Virus record (IMG/VR): IMGVR_UViG_3300037420_000217
Length of the DNA stretch: 64,000 nt
Reading direction: 5' to 3' (one strand)
From: an uncultured virus (IMG/VR IMGVR_UViG_3300037420_000217)
Taxonomy: Duplodnaviria; Heunggongvirae; Uroviricota; Caudoviricetes
Below, in pieces: positions 57,470 to 64,000 of this stretch (within the stretch, counting starts at the first letter, position 1; the number at the start of each line of letters is the position of its first letter). Under the pieces are notes generated by a model that was given only the letters and a program-made list of their open reading frames with translations, did not search any database and was not told the DNA's origin. A program made the position numbers and the translations under genes.

Positions 57470-57630
57470 TGCTCGCCGTCCTTGAGCGGCACGATGCGGA
57501 ACCGTTCTCCAGTGGGCAACGTAGCAACCAAACCGCGCAGCTTGGTGCCCTTTGGGAACCGGATCGCTGCCATGATTGCTGCTAGGCGCACTGCGTCCTC
57601 AATCCACTCGTCATTGGGCCGTTCAAACAT
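57466..57630 (-). CDS. Small hypothetical protein (54 aa)
   Basis: Coupled between terS and terL; ATG 57630. Confidence 0.45.
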   Translation of the reverse strand: MFERPNDEWIEDAVRLAAIMAAIRFPKGTKLRGLVATLPTGERFRIVPLKDGEQ

Positions 57631-58177
57631 CGCTGTGATCCTCCAGCTTCTGCTGCGAGATGACCTGATGCTGCTCAGCGGCCTTGACGCGTTGAGCTTC
57701 CAGGTCCTCCATGATGATGTCCCGGATGCGCTTCTTGGCGTCCAGGCTGAGCTGCTTGAAAACGTCCAGGCCGCCGCCGAGCTGACCCTGGTGATTGACC
57801 GTGATCTCGCTCTTGTTGGCGAACTCAGGATGGAGCTTGGTCGCCATGAGCTCAAGCAGCCGGTCGGACTTCTTTTGAACGTACCCGACCACCTTGCCCA
57901 TGTGGAACACCGGCTCGTTCCAGCCGTCCACGGCCCGGCTGCGCACCTCAGTCTTCACGCTCTCAAGGAACTTGGCGTAGGACTCATCCCACAGCTCTTG
58001 CCACTCAAGATCGCCGATAGCCGCTTGCGCGTTGATGGCGTCCATCACGCCGCCATACTTGACGCCGGACAGCTCACAGCTCTTGTACTTCGCCCCTGTG
58101 AGCTCAAGGTTGGTGCATATCTCCTGGAACAACGCCCAAGTGATCTTCACCCTGCTCTCGTCTGGCCGCTTTGCCAT
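57623..58177 (-). CDS. terS: Terminase small subunit
   Basis: E...RAVDG..EPVF..G.VVG....SDRLL...K..PE.F; upstream of terL. Confidence 0.8.
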   Translation of the reverse strand: MAKRPDESRVKITWALFQEICTNLELTGAKYKSCELSGVKYGGVMDAINAQAAIGDLEWQELWDESYAKFLESVKTEVRSRAVDGWNEPVFHMGKVVGYVQKKSDRLLELMATKLHPEFANKSEITVNHQGQLGGGLDVFKQLSLDAKKRIRDIIMEDLEAQRVKAAEQHQVISQQKLEDHSDV

Positions 58178-58289
58178 GTGTCGTCCCTAAACGTTGGTAG
58201 CAATGAGGCTCCGCGCCCGCATGCTAATTGAGTCATGAGTTGGAGGGGAGTGGTGTTTCATTGCCCAGAACACGCGCTCACCATTCTCA

Positions 58290-58497
58290 GCCTACTTAGG
58301 TTCGTACTTAACGCTGACAATTGAACGTAAGTACACTGAATGCCATCATAAAACACACATAAATATATGTTTCTCTTTACGTTAGTTAAGTAGAGATTGA
58401 TATACTTATGTTCTTGTGGGCTATCGGTGCCGGAGCTAGGGAATTCCCTGTCTCGGAATACCCGAGTACCCACGAGCGTGTCAAGTAAGGTAAGAAA
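58290..58497. repeat. AT-rich degenerate copy of the 26979-27167 element
   Basis: Collinear shared blocks CTTAGGTTCGT, CAATTGAAC(A/G)TAAG, CTGTCTCGGAA, AAGGTAAGAAA. Confidence 0.65.
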
Positions 58498-58566
58498 GCC
58501 TGGGCAACGCAGCATAATACAACGCTTACCTTTATAGCACTCGTTAAGCCAAAAGTCGCCGTTCGC

Positions 58567-58935
58567 TTAATAACGTGGCCGAATGCCCATGATCCGGGGG
58601 TTTAGGCACCTCCACTCGTATCCCCAATCAAGGTTGGTCGCCCACCCGAGCTTCCGGCTGCTCACTAGCCAGTCCGGCATATTGAGCTTGGCCCTCAGCT
58701 TGTGGATCATTTGATGGAGAGTGTTCGCCGGGTTCGATGGTCGCGGTCTCCCGGCCCAAAGCCCAGCAATCAGGTCCTCCTTGCTGATGTATCGCAAGTG
58801 GTGAGAGCTGGATAGGCTCGCGAGGTGTCGAGCCATGATGAGCTCAATGAGCTCGCCTTCCATGGGCGTCACGTCCACGACCCTTGGATATTGTCCGATG
58901 AATATGTGGACCTTGGAACAAGTGAGCTTTCGCAA
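58567..58935 (-). CDS. Stand-alone OmpR/PhoB(CtrA)-type winged-helix DNA-binding protein
   Basis: TP.E..LI..I...ISKEDLI..LW...NTL..MI.KLR.KL...SR.LGW; start uncertain (TTG 58935 has a GGAG SD; the track start at 59034 lies inside a terminator). Confidence 0.65.
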   Translation of the reverse strand: MRKLTCSKVHIFIGQYPRVVDVTPMEGELIELIMARHLASLSSSHHLRYISKEDLIAGLWAGRPRPSNPANTLHQMIHKLRAKLNMPDWLVSSRKLGWATNLDWGYEWRCLNPRIMGIRPRY

Positions 58936-59018
58936 GTCGATGTCTCCGCAAGATGCGGCTCTTACATAACTCGCAAAGGATAATGGCGCTTCACTTATTA
59001 AGTGACCTATCCCCGCAC

Positions 59019-59055
59019 AAGAAAAAGCCCCCACCGCTTCACAGCAGCAGGGGCC
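59019..59055 (-). terminator. Intrinsic terminator
   Basis: GCCCCTGCTGCT-GTGA-AGCGGTGGGGGC-TTTTTCTT. Confidence 0.7.
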
Positions 59056-59130
59056 TAGTCAGGGAGGAAACGCTCAGGGGTGAGCCTGAGCACATCGCCC
59101 AGGTAACATCGCCCAGGACAGGCTGCCCGT

Positions 59131-59631
59131 CTACTTAGGAGGATTGTCCAGCCGGGGGCCGATGTCTGCTAGTACAACCCCAGCCAGACCGCCTGTATGG
59201 CCGAGCAACCACCAGCTGCCATCTGTTTCAAGCTCAGCAGGTTGCCAACCCTCGCCTTTAACACGCTTCACCCAATAGAACCCCGGCTCCCGCTTCGGAG
59301 GAGGATCAAGGAAGTCAGCCGCGTCCAGGAACATCTGCGCAGCTGGTGCGCCAACACGCGCAGACATACCTCTCAAGGCTTCAGCCAATGAGACAGCCTC
59401 CACCGACCTCGGCAGCCCCTCCACCATCCAACGCACCATCTCGGTCGCCTGCGTCGCGGTGAACAGGTTCGTCCCGTTGGGCTCATGCCTCATGGGAGGT
59501 TTGCCCTGCTTGGCCATGTACTCCGCGCTGTGCTCAGGCTCGAATACGATCCCACAGTCAGGTGAGAAATTGGCAGGCAGCTTCCACCCTAGGAAACGGC
59601 TCACCATGTGCTTGATTTGTCTGTCATCCAT
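59131..59631 (-). CDS. Hypothetical phage protein (166 aa)
   Basis: ATG 59631; MVSRFLGWKLP..F.PD.GI..GTNL; C-terminal PGFYWV domain. Confidence 0.65.
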   Translation of the reverse strand: MDDRQIKHMVSRFLGWKLPANFSPDCGIVFEPEHSAEYMAKQGKPPMRHEPNGTNLFTATQATEMVRWMVEGLPRSVEAVSLAEALRGMSARVGAPAAQMFLDAADFLDPPPKREPGFYWVKRVKGEGWQPAELETDGSWWLLGHTGGLAGVVLADIGPRLDNPPK

Positions 59632-59872
59632 CCTTGTTCTCCTTCGATTTAGCTTCCAACTCGGCCACGCGATCAATCAAGCGTTTCTCACCGTCTAAAT
59701 CCAACAACGGACTCAGTACAGTTAGCTCATTGTCGTACCAGGTGAACTGCGTGCCGATCAGCTTCCACAGGCCTTGACCGATGTGCTGGGCAATCCGGGT
59801 TTCACCATGCTTGGCGAACTCGTTGGGCAGCAGCTGCACCCAATACAGGCCCTTCGATCGCTCAGTCACCAC
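59624..59872 (-). CDS. Hypothetical protein (82 aa)
   Basis: Coupled ORF; GLYWV motif. Confidence 0.55.
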   Translation of the reverse strand: MVTERSKGLYWVQLLPNEFAKHGETRIAQHIGQGLWKLIGTQFTWYDNELTVLSPLLDLDGEKRLIDRVAELEAKSKENKDG

Positions 59873-59994
59873 TGAGCCTTATACACGCGATCTCCATTTA
59901 CATAACAATCTTGATGTGGATCGCACCTCTCGTAGATTTGCGACCGATTACAAGCCGTCAGTCCCAGCATCACAACAATCAAGATGATCTTCAT
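59866..59994 (-). CDS. 42-aa lipoprotein, not in the ORF track
   Basis: MKIILIVVMLGLTAC-NRSQIYERCDPHQDCYVNGDRVYKAQW; lipobox LTAC; ATGA overlap upstream. Confidence 0.65.
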   Translation of the reverse strand: MKIILIVVMLGLTACNRSQIYERCDPHQDCYVNGDRVYKAQW

Positions 59995-60320
59995 GACTCG
60001 TCTGCCTCCTTCATCGCTGATGATTCATCCAACACTATCATTCGCGCTCGCTTACCGCCGACGTGGGCCATGACATGCGCTGTCATGGCAGCCTCTATCC
60101 GGCTGTAGTCCAGCTCCGGCAGCTCCGAAATCGGAGTGGTCATCCTCACCACGATAGGCATCTGCGGCACCATATCAAAGGTCCGTAGCTGGCCTGCCAT
60201 GACGCGATACACCCCAGCCCACCGACCAACGCCAGGCTTCATCGTCCGACGACAGAACCTGGCACGATACGCCGGCAGCCTCCGCTTGGCCCGCTTGTTG
60301 ACAGTCCTCAGTCGTGGCAT
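59991..60320 (-). CDS. Hypothetical protein (109 aa), starts MPRLRTVN
   Basis: ATG 60320 with AGGAG SD. Confidence 0.55.
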   Translation of the reverse strand: MPRLRTVNKRAKRRLPAYRARFCRRTMKPGVGRWAGVYRVMAGQLRTFDMVPQMPIVVRMTTPISELPELDYSRIEAAMTAHVMAHVGGKRARMIVLDESSAMKEADES

Positions 60321-60796
60321 CCCTGCTCCTTTGCTAGGCGCTCGGTGAACGCCTCCATCTGCTCCAGCGTGTCGAAGCTGATGCTGTCGTACATCGCTCC
60401 CTCGCCCACGGTCGCACCGCACTCCACCGCGATCCGGCGCATGGTCTCCATCTCAGTGGCGCTGTTCCGATCCTGGATCAGGCGCTGTGTGAAGTCCATC
60501 CTCAGCAACGGCTCCACAGCAGGTGAACTTGCGACATACGCCCACGCTCCACCTTGGATGGGTCCATCCCATCTGGCGTAGCTTCGATTGAACACATCGC
60601 TGTGCTTGTAACCGTGGTGTACAGATTCAATCAGGCCAGCCCAGACCTCATCAGCGCTCGCGCCATCCCACCTGACATAGCTCGTGTTGGACACGCCCCA
60701 CACCTTGGACGTCCGGCGGCGCGTGAAGGCCTTGTGAGACCATTCCCACGACAGCAGTCGCCTCAACCGGCGCTTGTTCGCCGTCCGCAGCCTCAT
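60308..60796 (-). CDS. Hypothetical protein (162 aa), starts MRLRTAN
   Basis: ATGA overlap at 60793-60796. Confidence 0.6.
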   Translation of the reverse strand: MRLRTANKRRLRRLLSWEWSHKAFTRRRTSKVWGVSNTSYVRWDGASADEVWAGLIESVHHGYKHSDVFNRSYARWDGPIQGGAWAYVASSPAVEPLLRMDFTQRLIQDRNSATEMETMRRIAVECGATVGEGAMYDSISFDTLEQMEAFTERLAKEQGCHD

Positions 60797-61029
60797 CGTT
60801 TGGCCCCCTTCATGTAGGCCCACGGCCAGACGTTCCTGATCCTATAGCCGTCCAGCGACATGCGTTTGGCTTCAGCCAACGGCAGCTTCATCAGCCCCAC
60901 AGCGCTACCGGATTGGTAGATGCTAGCCGCAAGGGCAAGGTGCAGCGTCGTTAGCACCCCTCTGCGCTCCAGATAGATGTTAGCAGGCAGCCCCTCTTCA
61001 GGGCCGACGTTGAATGTCCGCAGCCTCAC
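60793..61029 (-). CDS. Hypothetical protein (78 aa), starts MRLRTFN
   Basis: GTGA overlap. Confidence 0.55.
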   Translation of the reverse strand: MRLRTFNVGPEEGLPANIYLERRGVLTTLHLALAASIYQSGSAVGLMKLPLAEAKRMSLDGYRIRNVWPWAYMKGAKR

Positions 61030-61514
61030 GACGCACTCACCGACATCAGCTCGCTCACCTTCCCCGGCTGGATGCGATCAAAGGCGCGCTCCATGCCCGT
61101 GTACTGGAAGGATTTGTTGCGGTTGCGCACCAGCTCGGCGCGGAGATAGCCGTGGTCCTCCACCACCGGCGACAACACGGTGATGTTGCTAACCCATCGC
61201 AGCTGGTAGAGGTCCCCGGCTGCGTCGGTCACGTAGTCCCCGGCCTGGGCCGGGAGGCTGGCGTTCATGTAGCGCTGGACCGCCGCTTCCAGCGCCGTGA
61301 CCCACGCTAGGGTGAACGCGTTATCCACACCCTTGCTGGTCAGGAGGCTCTGGGTCAGCTCACGGCCCAACACCGTCACGATGCTCTCAAGAGCATACAG
61401 CTCCATCAGGTCCGGCAGGTCTGCGTCCTCCCGCCGCCTGAGGTCTTGGGCCATCGTGGTGAAGGCGTCAGCCATCCGACTGATCACCGTGATCGAGCTG
61501 TTGTTCTGAATCAT
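61026..61514 (-). CDS. Hypothetical protein (162 aa)
   Basis: ATGA/GTGA coupling. Confidence 0.6.
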   Translation of the reverse strand: MIQNNSSITVISRMADAFTTMAQDLRRREDADLPDLMELYALESIVTVLGRELTQSLLTSKGVDNAFTLAWVTALEAAVQRYMNASLPAQAGDYVTDAAGDLYQLRWVSNITVLSPVVEDHGYLRAELVRNRNKSFQYTGMERAFDRIQPGKVSELMSVSAS

Positions 61515-61699
61515 TTCTTGTCCCTCTGCTCTGTTCTAGCTCTACGGATACAAGTTGCATGGGCGTAGGCAATCGCACCAGCTGGCACTTCGTACCCAAG
61601 GAATTTCAAAATCGTGGTTGAGCCTATGCCTCCTGGCTTCCCACAGATGCCGCAGCACCGGACGTTCGGATCAGATCGCTTGAGCGGGATGCCCATCAC
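61511..61699 (-). CDS. Small zinc-finger-like protein (62 aa)
   Basis: CGIC...HATC. Confidence 0.55.
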   Translation of the reverse strand: MMGIPLKRSDPNVRCCGICGKPGGIGSTTILKFLGYEVPAGAIAYAHATCIRRARTEQRDKK

Positions 61700-61944
61700 T
61701 TCCCCTCCAAATGCTTCCGCATCACACGGTCCTGCTCTGCGAGCTGCGTCTTGAGATTGGCTAGCCGCTCAGCCTTCGCCTGCCGGATCGGTATGTCCAT
61801 TCCCATGTCGATCAGCCTGCGGCAGGCCGCCCCCTCTCCTGCAGCGTGGACCATCACCGGGCCACGGTTCGGCAGGTTCGCATACCGAAGCCCACGACCG
61901 CACCACTTGCAGCGAGCACGCATCAGGTTTGAGGGGATGTCCAT
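61696..61944 (-). CDS. Small Cys-containing protein (82 aa)
   Basis: CKWC...H...C. Confidence 0.55.
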   Translation of the reverse strand: MDIPSNLMRARCKWCGRGLRYANLPNRGPVMVHAAGEGAACRRLIDMGMDIPIRQAKAERLANLKTQLAEQDRVMRKHLEGK

Positions 61945-62597
61945 CAGATGTACATAAGCTGCTTGGGGCTCAACGGCGTGGCGTACTGCGGCGAGGGATC
62001 GCGGAGCCAGGCGACCACCTGCTGAGCGAGCTTCCGGCGGAATTCGCTCTTGAGACGCTTGCTCTCGACCTGCTTGGCGAGCTTGATCACCCGCTCCAGA
62101 TCGTCCTTGCGATAGGCCGCTTCTAGCCGCTTCACAGCAGACGGACGCACCCCGAACTCCCGAGCCAGCTCAGCGCGGCGCTTGGACGCCGACCGGCGCG
62201 ACTGCACGTCGTACACCCGCTGACGGCGCTTGATCCAGGCTTCGTGGGCTGCCCGAACCTCAGGCGTCGCGTCTACATAGGAATTGTAGGATGGATAGGA
62301 CCAGCCACGAGTGGAGGCAAAGCAGATGTCTTCAGGCGATTGCGTTTCCGGGTTCCACACGACCATATGGAAATCACTGTCGTCATAGCCGTTGCGCTCA
62401 TAGTCCTTGAGGCACAGGCCGATGTGGGTTTCATAGGTCCATAGACCAGTGGGGCCTGCGTGGTCCACGTAGACGTACTTGCGGCCGGTCTCATCCCACT
62501 GGCCCAACTGGTAACCAGCCCCACGATGCGAGGCCTGGACGTTCTGCGCCCCTTCGGGGAGCTTGTCCGGGGTGAATTCGAAGCGAATGATCGCCAT
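61944..62597 (-). CDS. Early hypothetical protein (217 aa)
   Basis: First gene after the promoter at 62629-62657; ERNGYDDSDF, WL...Y.TPLSPKQ. Confidence 0.75.
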   Translation of the reverse strand: MAIIRFEFTPDKLPEGAQNVQASHRGAGYQLGQWDETGRKYVYVDHAGPTGLWTYETHIGLCLKDYERNGYDDSDFHMVVWNPETQSPEDICFASTRGWSYPSYNSYVDATPEVRAAHEAWIKRRQRVYDVQSRRSASKRRAELAREFGVRPSAVKRLEAAYRKDDLERVIKLAKQVESKRLKSEFRRKLAQQVVAWLRDPSPQYATPLSPKQLMYI

Positions 62598-62628
62598 CTC
62601 AGTAGCTCCAACTCAGTTTCTAAGACAA

Positions 62629-62657
62629 CTTGTAGCCTCACTCAGGGGATAGGTCAA
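62629..62657 (-). promoter_or_regulatory. Sigma70-type phage promoter TTGACC-N17-TACAAG with TATCCCC box
   Basis: Minus strand TTGACCTATCCCCTGAGTGAGGCTACAAG. Confidence 0.8.
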
Positions 62658-62691
62658 GCCCCAACGACAAATTAATTTTGCCGTTGGCACG

Positions 62692-62729
62692 AAAAGGCCC
62701 CACCTGTGCGGGGAACACTGGCGGGGCCT
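62692..62729 (-). terminator. Intrinsic terminator
   Basis: AGGCCCCGCC...GGTGGGGCCT-TTT. Confidence 0.6.
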
Positions 62730-62781
62730 CAGGGCAACTTCATTCAATGGGGGAAAGTAAGTGCAAGACCAGAACACTACT

Positions 62782-63045
62782 TCATGCGTCACCTCCCGGA
62801 TCGCCGACGACCAGGTGAGCATCCGACTCAGCACCGGCGGGGTCTATCCCCGCTGCCTTGGTCGTCAGCGAGAGGAGCACCTTGTGGGCGTCAGCCTCGG
62901 TGTCGTGAGGTCCCTTGTACTTGAACCCCCACTCAGCGGCGTCGTCCACGACATGCCAGCCCTCAAAGATGGACTCCCGCAGGCCGCTCTCGTGGAACAG
63001 GTCTTCAGCCTCGCGCTCGCTCAGGTGTACCACTCGCAGAGTCAT
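62782..63045 (-). CDS. Early hypothetical protein (87 aa)
   Basis: Start moved to ATG 63045 (GAGGAG SD), downstream of a promoter. Confidence 0.6.
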   Translation of the reverse strand: MTLRVVHLSEREAEDLFHESGLRESIFEGWHVVDDAAEWGFKYKGPHDTEADAHKVLLSLTTKAAGIDPAGAESDAHLVVGDPGGDA

Positions 63046-63080
63046 CCCGTCCACTCCTCTGTTTCTGCCACAGACATAGT

Positions 63081-63108
63081 GCTGTAGCTTGAGGCGGGGA
63101 TAGGTCAA
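63081..63108 (-). promoter_or_regulatory. Sigma70-type phage promoter TTGACC-N16-TACAGC with TATCCCC box
   Basis: Minus strand TTGACCTATCCCCGCCTCAAGCTACAGC. Confidence 0.7.
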
Positions 63109-63440
63109 GAGGATTGATTGTCAACCCACCTCCGCACCAGGCGGCCCTTCCCGTCCCTCTGGGCAGTCTGGGAGAACTCTCGGGCACCGCCGCCCGCGTG
63201 GTGTAGACCCAGCCTATACGCACGTCCCACAACCGCGTTGTGGGTAGCTCCAAGCCGAGCGGCGATCACACGTACGGGCACGCCCTGCGCATACCAGCGT
63301 CGCAGCTTCCCGTCCCTGTCGTCAGTGTGCCAGAAGGGGTGGAAGCGCTGCTGCTTGAGGATGACATGGCTGCGATCCTCCTGACCTTCCTCAAGCATGT
63401 GGAGATGGTCATCAGCAACATCAGGGTCTAGGATACGCAT
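63105..63440 (-). CDS. GcrA N-terminal-domain-like HTH protein
   Basis: W.TDDRD..LRR.Y..G.....IAARLG.THNAVVGRAYRLGL matches the GcrA N-terminal pattern. Confidence 0.75.
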   Translation of the reverse strand: MRILDPDVADDHLHMLEEGQEDRSHVILKQQRFHPFWHTDDRDGKLRRWYAQGVPVRVIAARLGATHNAVVGRAYRLGLHHAGGGAREFSQTAQRDGKGRLVRRWVDNQSS

Positions 63441-63442
63441 AA

Positions 63443-63715
63443 CTACAGTCCAGCAGCTCTCTCAATCGCAGCTTTTACCATAGACTGCCAGACCCTGTAC
63501 ATAAGCCATCCAGCCTTGAGATCGCGGGTTACGTAGGTCCCGGCCTCGTATGTCAGTCTCTCACGTCGGTGGAGCATCCGGGCCAAGGCTGCCCGACGAC
63601 GCTTCAGCTTCTTGGGCACCAGCCTGTAGTGTCTGCTGCATAGGTATTCCTGCCCAACGAACTTGGCCGACGTGTTGGGACACCCAGGGACCTCACAGCA
63701 GACCCGGCTCACCAC
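63443..63715 (-). CDS. Small zinc-binding protein (90 aa)
   Basis: CEVPGC...LCSRHY.LVP. Confidence 0.6.
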   Translation of the reverse strand: MVSRVCCEVPGCPNTSAKFVGQEYLCSRHYRLVPKKLKRRRAALARMLHRRERLTYEAGTYVTRDLKAGWLMYRVWQSMVKAAIERAAGL

Positions 63716-64000
63716 ACCACCAACACAAAGCGGTCAGCCTGCTCAAACTCAGCCTTGTCCCGAACCCAGAGCCCTGGAGGGTGAGGATAGAGGTGCTTGT
63801 ACAGCACACGTTCCCGGCCGTCGTCAGCATCCCTGATAAGCTGCAGACGTGCGTACAGGCCGCCTTTCTTGTGCTTGAACAAGTTGCCGAAGGCTATCCA
63901 GCAGTTCACCTGGTCCATGCCGTACAGGTGGTCCAGCGCCTTCTGCTCATGCGGCTCTAGCCGATAGGTCGGACGCGAGGCTGTCCGTTGGACATAGGTG
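63709..64000 (-). CDS. DUF1653-like domain protein (frame open to the window end)
   Basis: FKHKKGGLY...VLY..LY...LWVR...EF; no stop between ATG 63918 and the window edge. Confidence 0.6.
   Translation of the reverse strand, partial: TYVQRTASRPTYRLEPHEQKALDHLYGMDQVNCWIAFGNLFKHKKGGLYARLQLIRDADDGRERVLYKHLYPHPPGLWVRDKAEFEQADRFVLVVW

Noticed and set aside
62613..62834. 73-aa minus-strand ORF
   Set aside because: Runs across a terminator and a promoter and overlaps another gene
1822..63108. Repeated GGGGATAGGTC as a possible CRISPR array
   Set aside because: Copies are dispersed over kilobases with no spacer periodicity; explained as promoter elements
1..64000. Lysogeny module or prophage boundary
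   Set aside because: No integrase, CI-like repressor, att-like junction or host genes recognised in this window

Overview
The window is a contiguous 64-kb part of a GC-rich tailed dsDNA phage (siphovirus-type) genome, with essentially all genes on the minus strand. Reading right to left (transcription direction): (1) small early/accessory genes, including GcrA-like and OmpR/CtrA-like DNA-binding domains; (2) terS-terL, a three-gene beta-helix/fibre cassette, then portal, head, neck, tail (with a -1 frameshifted chaperone), tape measure and tail tip genes; (3) lysis genes (three membrane proteins, GH19 endolysin, spanins); (4) an AT-rich iteron-like region; (5) a YuA/M6-like replication and nucleotide module: SNF2 helicase, SSB-like protein, RecD-like helicase, class II RNR, a thymidine-hypermodification cluster (FAD oxidoreductase, amino acid:DNA transferase, P-loop kinase, 5-hmdU DNA kinase, dUMP hydroxymethylase, HD phosphatase, DUF3310), DnaA domain IV-like protein, PolA, dCTP deaminase, two homing endonucleases, primase-helicase and MazG-like pyrophosphatase; (6) more early genes. 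Promoter shape and the GcrA-like gene suggest an alphaproteobacterial, possibly Caulobacter-like, host (inference). The main leads are a PaMx11-type hypermodification pathway with no visible acetyltransferase, stand-alone DNA-binding domains resembling DnaA, GcrA and CtrA together with a DnaA-box-like motif in the phage promoters, a duplicated origin-like element, and a head-spike-like cassette with a signal-peptide beta-helix protein. All assignments are from motif recognition by eye; no searches were run.
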